Notes: a model not told the origin generated them from the letters alone. DNA of 62,977 bases, filler included, from Octopus bimaculoides (GCF_001194135.2; 6 parts of 5 records of this genome joined end to end with filler, not necessarily neighbours in it), one strand, 5' to 3'; counted from the whole stretch's first letter, positions 27,080 to 39,559 are shown. Translations and numbers: made by a program.

Positions 27080-27265
27080 AGAGTGATTAGGGAATGTGTA
27101 CGTTATAATTTTCTCTCTCCTTGTACATACATACATACACTGAGGTGTATGTATTGATGCAACGCACTTCAGAATTTTTCTGCTCAGGGTTGATAAAACA
27201 TTCCACTCCTATATTCACATTGTAACTGTATTATCTAATAAAGACTTCGATTTGTCATTATACTA

Positions 27266-27326
<61 letters not shown>

Positions 27327-28244
27327 ATTATATGTATTTATTTTATCCTAATTAATAATAATTTGGATAGAATAAATGGGTTAATAGCAAAGATCACAAA
27401 ATAACTGTGGTGTAATTCCTGTTTGTGAGGCAGAAACTCCTTGATATTTTGGGTATTTGAGTATATATAAATTTATTCCTTAAATTTATAAATATATATA
27501 TCGTTCTTTTTTTTTTTTTTGAAACGGTGGATATAGAGGCACATAAAGCTATAAATAACAGCTTGTAAATTTTGGGCTAAAATACCCTAACAGATAGAAA
27601 AATTTAAAGGCTTCATGTGGCACTTGAACTCATATCTCTTGAAAACATTCTACTATCATACCAAAGCAACCCTTTGAATTTATCTATTTTAGATACTTTA
27701 TTCTTACCAGTAAGGATTGTATGTTGGTGAACATCATAAGAATTTATAAACTTTCGAGACAATCATATCATGTTCTCTCAAAAGTTTAAAAGTTCTTATG
27801 ACATCAGCACTTGCATGTTTGTATGTATGTATGTAATAGCTGTTTTATTTTCAAACTTATGATATTGAAAGCACAACTATATTCATATTTAATCAATTTT
27901 TATAAATGAATTTTCATTGTTCCTTATTAATATTTTATGTTTAATTTGGAACAACATTTCAAAATTCATGAACTTCTGAATGAAGTTGTCAGTGGTGTTT
28001 GCCTTATTGATGCATTTTTTTTATTGATCCTTGAGTATAATTTAATTTATATATATACATGTATGAGTGTGTGTAAGGTTTTGAAAATTCATAAACAATT
28101 AAACTTGGATGCAAGTGTGTCTTCAATATTAAAGGGTTGAAATAAAGTTGTTTCCTATATGTGTACATCAACATATATATACATAAATATGTGTGTATAT
28201 CTATCACTTAATCTTCCTTTCTGTGTGTGTGTGTGTGTATAGAT

Positions 28245-28373
28245 ATCTGATCTGGCAATGTTTCTACATTGCCAGATCAGATTGGAGCCTGGTGAAGCCG
28301 CTGGCTCTCCAGACCTCAGTCAAACCGACCAAACCATGCCAACATGGAAAACAGACGTTAAATGATGATGATG

Positions 28374-28376
<3 letters not shown>
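28245..28376 (+). mobile_element. 5'-truncated RTE-related tail with a fold-back hairpin
   Basis: caaaccatgccaacatggaaaacagacgttaaatgatgatgat 3' end; perfect inverted repeat at its 5' end. Confidence 0.7.
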
Positions 28377-28403
<27 letters not shown>

Positions 28404-28407
<4 letters not shown>

Positions 28408-29191
28408 CAAGAAATTGTCAAGGCCTCCAGGAAAGCAAAACGACCCATGTTACACACCGAAAACAGTGAAGTTTGGGGGTAAGAGTCTGACACATGAAAA
28501 GTAATGGTTTAAGGAAGTTGATTAAAATTGACAGTAACTTGAATAGTGCCAAATACATCCAATTGCTGAAGGACAATTTGATACTAAACTTGGATGAAGG
28601 TGAGATTTTTCAGCATGACGGAGCTCCCTGCCACATATCACGTGCAACACAACAGTGTTTGGCTGATGAAAGTGTTACCATATTGAAAGATTGGCCAGCT
28701 CAGAGCCCTGACTTAAATATCATTGAGAAAATATGGACAGAACTAGAGAGAAGAGTTTGTCAGAAGAATCCATACAATCTTGAAGAGTTGTGGGAGCTCA
28801 GCCACAGAGAATGGCATCTCTTACCTGTGAAGATGATGAAGGATTTGTACACATCTCTTCCCAGGCATATTGAAGCAATTATTCAAGCTAAGGGAAGCCA
28901 CATGAAATATTAACAATGTACAGTAACTTCTTGAAATGAACATTATGTAATAAATTTTCATTATAGACATTTTTCTGTTTTAAAACACTGTATCTTGATT
29001 GGTTTATGTGAGGTAGCTGAATACTTTTGCATGGCCATTTTTGGTGGTCGTCTTTCCCTCTTTTCAGGACCCCTACAACAGAGCCAATGTTTCATCTGTA
29101 AAAAACGCGATGTGAAACATCCACTTACAAGTTGGCAGTTGCTAGAAATTTACAATAGCTTAAAGTGGCCGAAGACTTTTGCATAGTACTG
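28404..29191 (+). mobile_element. Tc1-family transposon, 3' half (DD35E catalytic spacing)
   Basis: ORF 28494-28913 contains FQHDGAPCH...WPAQSPDLNIIE...LYTSLPRHIEAIIQAKGSHMKY; right TIR ...gaagacttttgcatagtactg followed by TA at 29192-29193. Confidence 0.92.
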
Positions 29192-30281
29192 TATATNNNN
29201 NNNNNNGAGAGAGAGAGAGAGAGAGAGAGACGGACAGATAGATATATACACGTATCTTTCAAGCTCTTCCTTATCCACACACATCTTTTGATCTGCATGT
29301 ACACACGTACAGATATATATATATGTGTATATGTATATATGCACACATTACACTACCCATGTGTGTGTGCAATGGGTAGCAGCAGTTTTATGCAAATCTA
29401 TCACTTTTCTTTTGGTACTTTTTTTATTACACTTTGTTGTTTGTTTTTTTTGTTTNNNNNNNNNNGGATTTTTTTTTTTTTTTGTTACATTGTTAAATTT
29501 TTCTGAATTTTTACCTTGAGTAAATGACTTCTATTTCTTTTCCTCTCATCATCAATGGTGATGATGATGATGATGATGGTAAGGATGATGACAATCATGA
29601 CTATATTTACCAGTCTACTATCCTATCTCACCTTAAATGTACCATTATTAATTTTCACTAGCAGCAAGATATTAGAAATTTATTTTTCTATTGATATATT
29701 TTTTTCTTTTTTTTTCTCTTAAAGGAAATTGCTTTCTCTCCAAGAAATTCCTTTCTTCATTTTTTTTTCCTCCTCTGTTCTGCACATCATTCCTTTTAAT
29801 AAAGTTACTTGTATCTTGCTTGTAGTTCAATCTTCACCACTTTTTCTTTCTAAAACTATCTACCACTAATTTTTTTTTCTTTTTTGTTTCTTTAACTATC
29901 TTTAAGTATCGTTTTTCTTCAAGTAGTTTTTAAATGATGTACCTTTTATAACTCCCATAATTGCTTCAAATAATTTTTGTCATTTTGATCAATGATAAAC
30001 TGCCATTTTACAACAGTTCAGTCGTAAGTATCACTAATATTGATTTCTGACACAGGCACATGGCCTCAGATTTGCGAGTAGGAGTAGAGAGAGATATATT
30101 TGATTATATCAATACTAGTATTTATCTATCTTTTACTTGTTTAAGTTATATGAAAGTGGCCATGCTGGGGCACCACTTTGGAGGCTTTAGTTAAACAAAT
30201 GAACCCCAGTATCTACTTTTAAGTCTGGTAATCTGTCTCACTTTCACTCTTTCTCTCTCTTTATATATATGTTTGTGTATG

Positions 30282-30315
<34 letters not shown>

Positions 30316-30415
30316 NNNNNNNNNNNNNNNNNNNNNNNNNNNNNNNNNNNNNNNNNNNNTTAATTAATTAANNNNNNNNNNNNNNNNNNNNNNNNNNNNN
30401 NNNNNNNNNNNNNNN
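30316..30415. other. Artificial gap linker: 44 N + TTAATTAATTAA + 44 N
   Basis: Identical 100-bp construct at 30316, 39158, 42017, 44990 and 49542. Confidence 0.97.
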
Positions 30416-30689
30416 ATATATATATATTATGTATACATGTTCTCTGTCTTTATACATATCTCTAGCATACAGCTTTCCTGAATCTTGATTCCTCTTCAAC
30501 AGAACTTCTCCAAACGTCATCAGTTGCTTAACACAATTTTCTTCTACATCTGTCACAGTTTCATCTCTCATTGCAGCCGTCATCTTCAGTAGCTTCAATA
30601 CACTCAACGCTTCTTGGCGCCAGGACTTCTAAAGAACTTAAACTACACGTATTTGGATTGAATATCATCCACTTCTATCTACCGATTGT

Positions 30690-30936
30690 GGTTATCGTTC
30701 GTCGTCGTCATCGACATCATCGTCGTCGCTGTCAGCAACATCATCATCATCATCATCATCATCGTCATTGTCGTCGTCGTCGTCGTCATTGTTTCCATTC
30801 TCGTGGTGATGGTGAGGATGATGACGATGATTCTGATCATGAAAACAATGATGATGATGACGATAATGACGATGACGATGATGATGATGATGATGACGAC
30901 GATGATGATGACGACGACGATGATGACGATGATGAC

Positions 30937-30977
<41 letters not shown>

Positions 30978-31267
30978 CGATGGTGGTGGTGGTGGTCGCG
31001 GTGATGATAATGATGGTGGTGGTCATGGGGATGATGATGATGATGATGATGANNNNNNNNNNACGATGATGACGATGATGACGACGACGATGATGACGAC
31101 GACGACGACGACGACGACGATGATGACAATGATGATGACGATGATGATGACGACGACGACGATGATGACGATGATGATGACGATGATGATGACGACGATG
31201 ACGATGATGATGACAATGATGATGACGACGATGATGATGACGACGACGACGACGATGATGATGATGG

Positions 31268-31307
<40 letters not shown>

Positions 31308-31345
31308 AGTGATGACAACGACAACCACCATAACGATGATGATCT
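30690..31345. repeat. Compound trinucleotide microsatellite, (CAT/CGT)n then (GAT/GAC)n
   Basis: Directly visible; source of the poly-D/H/S/M ORFs; 10-N gap inside. Confidence 0.95.
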
Positions 31346-32209
31346 GCCTGACCAGGGCTGATCACGTGGCAAGCGACCTTTTTCGTAGTTTATACTTTGT
31401 CGCTCAGCTCTTCCAATCACACCCAACTGTTTCAATAAAAAAATAAAATGGATGCACTGTGGTTGTCAGTACACTGTATTTATGAAAAACAGGATAGGAT
31501 AGTCACGGTTGGAATGCCTTTAATGATACGGTCATCTCAACGAGGACTGGTGTAGGAGTGAAACATAACACCATCATCACCATCACCATCACCATCATCT
31601 CCCTTTAAAACTCATTCTTTTCAACCTGTAGCCCCTCACGTATCGTTAACTTATCCTTAGCACTAACACCCAAACCCTTCAACAGAACTCCCCCTGTTAC
31701 TTTCAGTCTTTCTATACTTCGTTTTTCATAGAGGTCGTCTGTTACATTTCCGTTCTCATTGCAGCCATCGTCTTCTGTAGTTTCATATATTCAAATACTT
31801 CTCTTTCTCACTTCAAAATACAGTATTCATCCCGTCATCACCGCCTTGGAATCTTTTGAATCATCTCCCAACTACCTAATGAAAACAACGTAACTGTAAG
31901 CTACATATAGCTTTCCACTCACAAAACCTCCCGGTACCTAAGGCCACCTCGTTGCCGGAGCTCCACAAGTTCTATGCCCATAGTACTGAAGCGCCCCCGT
32001 TAATCCCCCTCAGACAATTCCGATTTGAAGGAAGCTTTACCTTTTTTAAGTATGTCAATCCATATGTCTAAGTTACAAGCTGTATCTCAAGACCCAAGTG
32101 TACGGCTTTTGATATCCCGGTACATAACACTCAAGCTGAAAAGCCTACCATATTTTCTGTACGTTTTGCCATACGTTCCATAGCAGCAAGGACTGAAACG
32201 TATGGTAGA

Positions 32210-32250
<41 letters not shown>

Positions 32251-33039
32251 TACCTAATATATATTTACCCATTCGCTTCACCTCCCACATCTCTCTTCTT
32301 AAGCGTGTATAGGTATATAAATTTTCTATCCATTCCAGCCGGTCTGTTTGCGTAACAAAGTGTCATGGCTTTTCTGTTTGAGTTAAACCAGTTCAAGAGA
32401 TTTGTGAATATGTATGTTAATGCGTGCACATGTATGAGAGTTCGTGTGAGTGAGCTCGCTCGTGTAAGATATGTGTGCGCATGTATATGTATGTATATGA
32501 GTATGTATCTTTGTAATGTACTGTGATATACGCATATATATACATGTGTGTGAGTTTGTAAATAATGCAGTGTAATACTTGTATGTATACATGTACATAT
32601 TAATGCATGTATCTATTTATCTGTCTGTCTGTCCGTATGTATGTACTACGTGTCTATATATGCATGTATCTGTGTATATATGTAGGTATGTGTGGCTTTG
32701 TATATGTTTGTGTATATGCGTATATAAGTGTGTGCATGTATGAGTGTACGTACGTATGTTCTTGGGAATCATTTTAAACTTACAGAATTCAAGCCAGTCA
32801 CTAACAAAGTGGCAAGGCTGTTTTGTTTAAGTGAAAAAATCTCTTGGGTTTTGTAATTATGTGAATTAGTGTGTGCTCAAAGCTGCATCGTGTGTAAGAG
32901 AATGGATAAATTTGCGCTCTTGTATTGAATGTTCGTGTCATTTTGGTACATAAGTGTGCATAAGTGTTCATTATTGTTTCTCTCCATTTTTCTCTTTCTG
33001 TATATTCCATAAGTGGTTGTATATATGTATATAGTCCAG

Positions 33040-33370
33040 GACCTCAAAGGAAGAATCGCTGCAATGTTTCACAAATTTTCACTTTAACACTAATCGTTTG
33101 TACGATATGCTAATGTAGTAACCATGTCAGAATAAATGGTTTTGGGAGCTAAACCCTTTTTTCTGCAGGTACTTGATAACACCACGATGCGAAATTTTGT
33201 TCATTTTCAAAGGAAGTCGCCACTAGTTACTTTTGAAGTCTTCTTTGAAAATTTACCTGGAAAGAAACAATGCAGTTATTAAATAAGAAGTGTTAAAATT
33301 AAAGCATGCAAGATTTCAGAGCTCTAGAATCACTTCGTAGTCAGCCTATGAACTTTTCTGCCCACCCTCG
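33040..33370 (-). mobile_element. Mariner 5' fragment
   Basis: TA followed by TIR cgagggtgggcagaaaagttcataggctgac; N-terminus MNKISHRGVIKYLQKKGLAPKTIYSDMVTTL. Confidence 0.8.
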
Positions 33371-33478
33371 TATTTGCAGAATGCAAATCATTTAGCTTTG
33401 TTCCTCCTTGGAGAAACCCAGCATTTCTTGTTTTTTGTTTTTGATGTAAATATGTCTTTACATAGCCCAGTGTACCTA

Positions 33479-33695
33479 CAAGGGGGTACTGAAAAGTACC
33501 TGGCTTTAAGGATGTCGTGAAATGCCTGGTTGGAGGCCCAAGCGTCCAAGTTCTTTCACAGGGCTTAGAAAAACTGAAGGACCGCTGCAATAAGTGTGTG
33601 AATCTGAGAGGAGAATATGTTGAATAAAATCGTAATTCACTGATCCTCCAGTATTTTCTTTTACCTAAAGCCAGAAACTTTTCAGCATCCCTTCA
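33479..33695 (+). mobile_element. Internally deleted mariner (MITE-like), 217 bp
   Basis: TIRs caaggggtactgaaaagtacctggcttta / taaagccagaaacttttcagcatcccttca; TA on both sides; retains the transposase C-terminus QGLEKLKDRCNKCVNLRGEYVE*. Confidence 0.85.
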
Positions 33696-33954
33696 TACTA
33701 TAAAAGGAACAAATAAAAATCTATAGCCTGGATGTTAGATCTGTACGTTTTCCATTAGTTCTCCATAGATGTTGTTTAACTCGAATTTTGACGAGACAGT
33801 GACGTCCGACGGACAGGTCACTGCTTTTGCCGGAAAGTTCTACCAGTATTCTTTATTTCTAAAGCCATGCATACGTTTTGGCTCTGCTGTGACTTTTATG
33901 TGGCCATCAGAACAATACTCAAATGTATGTATGTATGTATGTATGTATGTATGT

Positions 33955-34974
33955 ATGCCATTATTCAGTTTATTTCAAGATTTCTTGCCAATAGAGAAAG
34001 AACCGGTTTCTAACCTAGATCCAAAGTTCCTTCATGGGAATTTCAACATCAACAACGGTATTTTTGTCTGTCTATCTGTCTGTCTGTCTGTATGTATGTA
34101 TGTATGTATGTGCACATTTGTATGTTTCATGTATGTATTCTCATGCATACAGTTACATATTTAGACATGCTCATATATATTTTATTGATAAACTTCTGGA
34201 AAGTTTTACAGATTTTTACAGTTCCAGTGATGGATTGGATCTGTAGTCTTCGAATTAGCTTCCTCGTTTCTGGTTCTGAGAAGCTTAATTTCTCGAGATT
34301 GAAGGCAGTGTGTTCCATATTCCAGGGCCCCAATAATTACAGGTATAAACCTGAACTTGTAATCTGGATAGAGTAACTGCAGATTTCTCAATAGTTCAGC
34401 ATATATATCCTCTTTTTCACTAATCTTCAGCTTTATCTTAACATCCGCTGGGCAGCTAATTTCCACAACTGTGCACAGTTTCTCTTTTCTATCCCAAATC
34501 ATTATATCAGGTCTGTTATGCTTACATTTTATTGAGGTCTTCACTGGGACATTCCACCAGTATTCCTTTTTATTATGAGTGGCTATGGCTTCTACCATAT
34601 TATGGGTTTTTATTTCTTTGTCCTTAGGATTATCCTTCCGACGGATTTCATTACAGAGTGTCCTGGCTACACATGTTATATCTCATCAGTAGATAATACT
34701 GTGATGACATTTTCGGAGAGCTGCTAATGATGTGGGTGATATCTTCAGTGTGAACTCCACAAAATCTGCATCGGTTGTCACATTTTACTGCTTTTCCTGC
34801 ATCTCTATCCCTTTTGTGCATCAGGTACTTGCTTGATATTTCCTGTTCTTGGATTGCAAACACATACCCTTCAAAGTGGGAGGTAGTAATCCGGCTATTC
34901 GTCCATGATAAACTACTTTGATAACCGATGTTTCTGTCATACAAAGAGTGTTGCTCAAGGAGCTGCATGTCAGG
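33955..34974 (-). mobile_element. R4/Dong-type non-LTR retrotransposon 3' fragment (CCHC finger plus restriction-like endonuclease)
   Basis: CRFCGVHTEDITHIISSSPKMSSQYYL zinc knuckle; NRPDIMIWDRKEKLCTVVEISCP...KEDIYAEL PD-(D/E)xK motif; frameshifted; 3' UTR ends in (CATA)n. Confidence 0.85.
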
Positions 34975-35190
34975 TCTTTGCAATTTCGGCTGGTTATACT
35001 CAAGATTGCTTCAATGTGGCCAGCCCCAAGGCAAAACTAAGCTAAGAGCCAGCCGAAATTAAAAAGATAATCTGGAACTCGACTGAGGAAGGAAAACTCC
35101 AAATGACTCGTCCTTGTTTTTTCTTGTCCCTTTTGTATCATCTAACTGTCTGGATGTTTTGCGTTCTTGTCCCATTTTTTTGCATTCCTT
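34975..35190. mobile_element. Penelope-like terminal repeat with an inverted 5' segment
   Basis: 34975-35048 is the reverse complement of 37770-37845, and 35049-35190 is co-linear with 37823-37980. Confidence 0.5.
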
Positions 35191-35474
35191 TTTATATACA
35201 TANNNNNNNNNNNNNNNNNNNNNNNNNNNNNNNNNNNNNNNNNNNNNNNNNNNNNNNNNNNNNNNNNNNNNNNNNNNNNNNNNNNNNNNNNNNNNNNNNN
35301 NNNNNNNNNNNNNNNNNNNNNNNNNNNNNNNNNNNNNNNNNNNNNNNNNNNNNNNNNTATATATATATATATATATATATATGCATACATACATACATAA
35401 AACATACATACTTACATATATATATGTACACATACATATGTACATACACACAAACATATACACAAACAAGTGTG

Positions 35475-35710
35475 TGTCTCTGTGTGTATGCGTTTGTGTT
35501 TGAGTTTGTACCCCACTACCTCCACCACTACCACTTGACAATCGGCGCTGGTTTGTTGACGTCCACTTAATTTATGGGTTCGGCAAAGAGACTTATAGAA
35601 TAAATTACCAGACTTAAAATAATTACAAGGGGGTCGATTGGTTCGACTAAACGCTTCACAGCGTTGCGCCATCACGGATATAGGCCAACGATTGAAACAT
35701 GTAAAAGGTA
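35475..35710 (+). mobile_element. SINE family A, 3' half
   Basis: cttgacaatcggcgctgg...gttcggcaaagagac...gggtcgattggttcgactaa. Confidence 0.7.
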
Positions 35711-37489
35711 AAGGAGACTAGACGTGGTAGTCACACAGCTGAATCACAACTGATTGGATAAGCTGTTCCACCAGAGCTGCTGCCGACCTGGGGCTAAACA
35801 AACAATAGTTTTCCTATCCATTAGCGCGTTCACTGCATAATGTATGAGCGTTACGATCTCCGCGTAGGAAACACAAAACTTCAACCAGTTAAGTCTCACC
35901 TACAGTTGAAACACTGCCCTTACGTACTCCCACTGAACAACTCTAATCATTCGAGAAGTGTCACACTCAATCCGATATATTATTGATTTTTCTCACTCTG
36001 TCTTTACACGAATTATCGAAATTCTCAATTCTTCTAATGACATCGACTCTAATCCAGCTTTCCATTTGACACTTTCTCGGAATCTCATGGAATAGTTTTT
36101 ATGAATAGCTGCTGCAAACCGACTCCGGTATTTCTACTAATGGCTGAGATATGCATACGTACATTCATATACACGTACGCACGTTCGTACATACGTACGT
36201 ACACACAGGCGTGCGTACATGCATACATACTCACATACATATATACCCACATGTATGCACGCATACATACATATATACATACCCACACACATACATACTC
36301 ACATACATAGATATATACATACATGCGTGCATACATGCATACAAACGTAAGTACGCCTACGTGTATACTTAGATGGTTACATTATATAGATACATAAAGG
36401 TGTGTCTGGGTATGTGTGTATGTCTGAGTATGTATATATATGTGTGTGTGAATGTATATATATATATATATATATGTAAATACATATATATTGTATGGAT
36501 ATACTTAAGAGGGTTGTATCTATCTATCTATCTATCTATCTATCTGTGTGTGTGTGTGTGTGTGTGTCTGTGTGTTTGTCTGTCTGTGTGTCTGCGTGTC
36601 TGTGTGTCTGTCTCTCTGTCTCTCTATTTGTCTATCTATCTATCCATCTGTCAGTCTGTTTTTTATTTTTTATGTTTTATTTGTTTCAATTGACGTAAAT
36701 TAAAGCTTGGTTTTCTTACTTAGATTTCTATTTATTCAACAACTTCCAACAAAAATGAAAGGATACAGGTATCAGTATAACTTGGCTGACAATGGATTAA
36801 AGTCGAAAATTTGTGGAAAGTAGTGTCACAAATATTTGATCAGCATTTACCTTTCTAAATGTATAAACAGACGTTAAAACATCCTATCTCTCAGTGAATA
36901 AAAATGTCGTAGTGAATACAAATTAGATTTGTTATTGAAGCGCGTACTTGAAATATTCAATGAGAAAAGGAACCTAAAAACTGCATTTTGATAAAAATAT
37001 ATTAGAATTGGAATTTATAAAATGTTCTAAACAATTTAATAATAGCTTTCTTTTGATAAAAGTTATATAATCCAAATGAATGAGTAAGCAAATTTTCTTT
37101 TTATTGTAGTAATGGTGACAGACTAGCATTAATATTGTAGCTATCATAAATAACAATATATAAACACACAAATTAAAATTATTCTTATTAATAAACTACA
37201 AACTTGCAAACCGTTGAATAAACTTCATAAGATTAATGCAATTTAGAAAAGTGATATGAAAATAGCTGTGAAGTCTATAAGTCTGACTATTAGAGGTGAC
37301 AAGCACAACTCCCACTCGTCGCCCGACAACGAACGTATTACGCGATACAAAACACATTTAGACTGAGTAACATTAGCTGATGACAGCTATCCAAAGCCAT
37401 CGAAAGTATGAAATTGATCATGGGGGCTGCACGAATAGAAATATGTAAAGCAAAAACTTAGCACCCTGAAAGCATGTCCTGGTAATGAA

Positions 37490-37528
<39 letters not shown>

Positions 37529-37559
37529 ATTTCTGTATTAGTTACTGTGAAGGTCTGAC

Positions 37560-37982
37560 AGTTTAAGCGCCAATAACTTAAACGAACCTCTGCCGTAAGG
37601 CTTTATTTCCACACATGTCAGCTTAATTTAATTCGTCCTTAGTCGAAAGACATCTGTTGTTATGTCCTGTTATTATTTTAATTTTTATTGTATTTGTGTA
37701 ACATTGTTCGTTTTTTTTCCGTCCTTGTTTTTGTATACATTCGCTGCTTTCTTCCAAGGAACCTAATGCTCATAGCTTAGTTTTTCCTTGGGGCTGGCCA
37801 GATTGGAGCAATATCGAGAATAACCAGCCAAAATTGCAAAGATAATCTGGATCTCGACTGTTGAAAGAAAACTCCGAATGACCTGTCCTTGTTTTCTTTG
37901 TATCGTCTATCTGGATGTTTTGTTGTCCCTTTCTTGTATCACCTAACTGTCAGGATGTTTTGCGTTCTTGTCCCATTTTGTA
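37560..37982 (+). mobile_element. Penelope-like terminal repeat (same family as 34975-35190)
   Basis: Shared sequence with 34975-35190; degenerate CTG(N)NGA-stem-GAA motif at 37858-37880. Confidence 0.45.
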
Positions 37983-38422
37983 NNNNNNNNNNNNNNNNNN
38001 NNNNNNNNNNNNNNNNNNNNNNNNNNNNNNNNNNNNNNNNNNNNNNNNNNNNNNNNNNNNNNNNNNNNNNNNNNNNNNNNNNNNNNNNNNNNNNNNNNNN
38101 NNNNNNNNNNNNNNNNNNNNNNNNNNNNNNNNNNNNNNNNNNNNNNNNNNNNNNNNNNNNNNNNNNNNNNNNNNNNNNNNNNNNNNNNNNNNNNNNNNNN
38201 NNNNNNNNNNNNNNNNNNNNNNNNNNNNNNNNNNNNNNNNNNNNNNNNNNNNNNNNNNNNNNNNNNNNNNNNNNNNNNNNNNNNNNNNNNNNNNNNNNNN
38301 NNNNNNNNNNNNNNNNNNNNNNNNNNNNNNNNNNNNNNNNNNNNNNNNNNNNNNNNNNNNNNNNNNNNNNNNNNNNNNNNNNNNNNNNNNNNNNNNNNNN
38401 NNNNNNNNNNNNNNNNNNNNNN

Positions 38423-38722
38423 CGTGCAAGTGGCTGAGCACTCCACAGACACGTGTACCCTTAACGTAGTTCTCGGGGATATTCAGCGTGACACAGTGTG
38501 GCAAGGCTGACCCTTTGAATTACAGGCACAACAGAAACAGGAAGTAAGAGTGAGAGAAAGTTGTGGTGAAAGAGTACAGCAGGGTTCGCCACCATCCCCT
38601 GCCGGAGCCTCGTGGAGCTTTAGGTGTTTTCGCTCAATAAACACTCACAACGCCCGGTCTGGGAATCGAAACCGCGATCCTTCGACCGCGAGTCCGCTGC
38701 CCTAGCCACTAGGCCATTGCGC
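38423..38722 (-). mobile_element. SINE family B, long subfamily
   Basis: Minus-strand head gcgcaatggcctagtggctagggcagcggactcgcgg...ggtttcgattccc with A and B boxes; near-identical to 44183-44466. Confidence 0.85.
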
Positions 38723-38914
38723 TTGACTATGTATTGTATATATTGCATTTTATGCTCTGTGTGTATGTGTGCATTGTAAATACTGTATTTCAGCATGTAT
38801 GTGTACATAATTGTATATTGTGTTTTTAAATTGTATGTATTGTATGTCAATCTTATTTTTAATTTTACTCAGTTTTTATTTCAATCTTTAATTTGTATTT
38901 ATTTCTCCCATGCT

Positions 38915-39125
38915 CTTTACTCTTTTACTCTTTTACTTGTTTCAGTCATTTGACTGCGGCCATGCTGGAGCACCGCCTTTAGTCGAGAAAATCGATACCA
39001 GGACTTATTCTTTGTAAGCCTAGTACTTATTCTATCGGTCTGTTTTGCCGAACCGCTTAGTTACGGGGACGTAAACAAACCAGCATCGGTTGTCAAGCGA
39101 TGGTGGAGGGACAAACACAGACATA

Positions 39126-39157
<32 letters not shown>
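38915..39157 (-). mobile_element. SINE family A, 3' half, CpG-intact
   Basis: gtttcagtcatttgactgcggccatgctggagcaccgcc... consensus-like. Confidence 0.85.
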
Positions 39158-39559
39158 NNNNNNNNNNNNNNNNNNNNNNNNNNNNNNNNNNNNNNNNNNN
39201 NTTAATTAATTAANNNNNNNNNNNNNNNNNNNNNNNNNNNNNNNNNNNNNNNNNNNNAAAGTGATCATTATATGCAGAGGATGTGTGAAAGTTAAAAAGA
39301 AATAATATATGTTCTGCTGGCTATGTGATACTGGTGAGAGTAAAACTGAGGATAAAAGTAATTAGGAGTTGTGTACAAAAGAGAAGACTAAGCAGGTGTA
39401 GATGTATCTAACATACAGAATGAGATGATTTGGCACAGCTGACCAGACATTCAACTTGCTTTGGTGACAGTACTTTTTGGCACTGGAGGGACACACACAC
39501 ACACACATGTAGAAATATACACACACGGATAGTGAGAGAGAGATTACAATTTACCAACT

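Noticed and set aside
29600-30050. Short minus-strand exon-like pieces (KINNGTFK; KKKVVKIELQARYK)
   Set aside because: Too short, not phase-compatible with each other, and no recognisable homology.
30360-30371. TTAATTAATTAA recurring five times as a possible biological motif
   Set aside because: Always centred in exactly 44+44 N; synthetic scaffold linker.
30571-31446. 291-aa poly-His/Asp ORF and overlapping poly-Ser/Met ORFs
   Set aside because: Trinucleotide microsatellite open in most frames and spanning a gap; no non-repetitive domain.
37376-37415. CTGATGA...GAAAGTA as another hammerhead
   Set aside because: No convincing stem I or stem II complementarity.
38640-38722. tRNA-like sequence with A and B boxes (also at 26769, 44400 and 52041)
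   Set aside because: Continues directly into SINE body sequence and lacks a proper acceptor stem; SINE heads, not tRNA genes.
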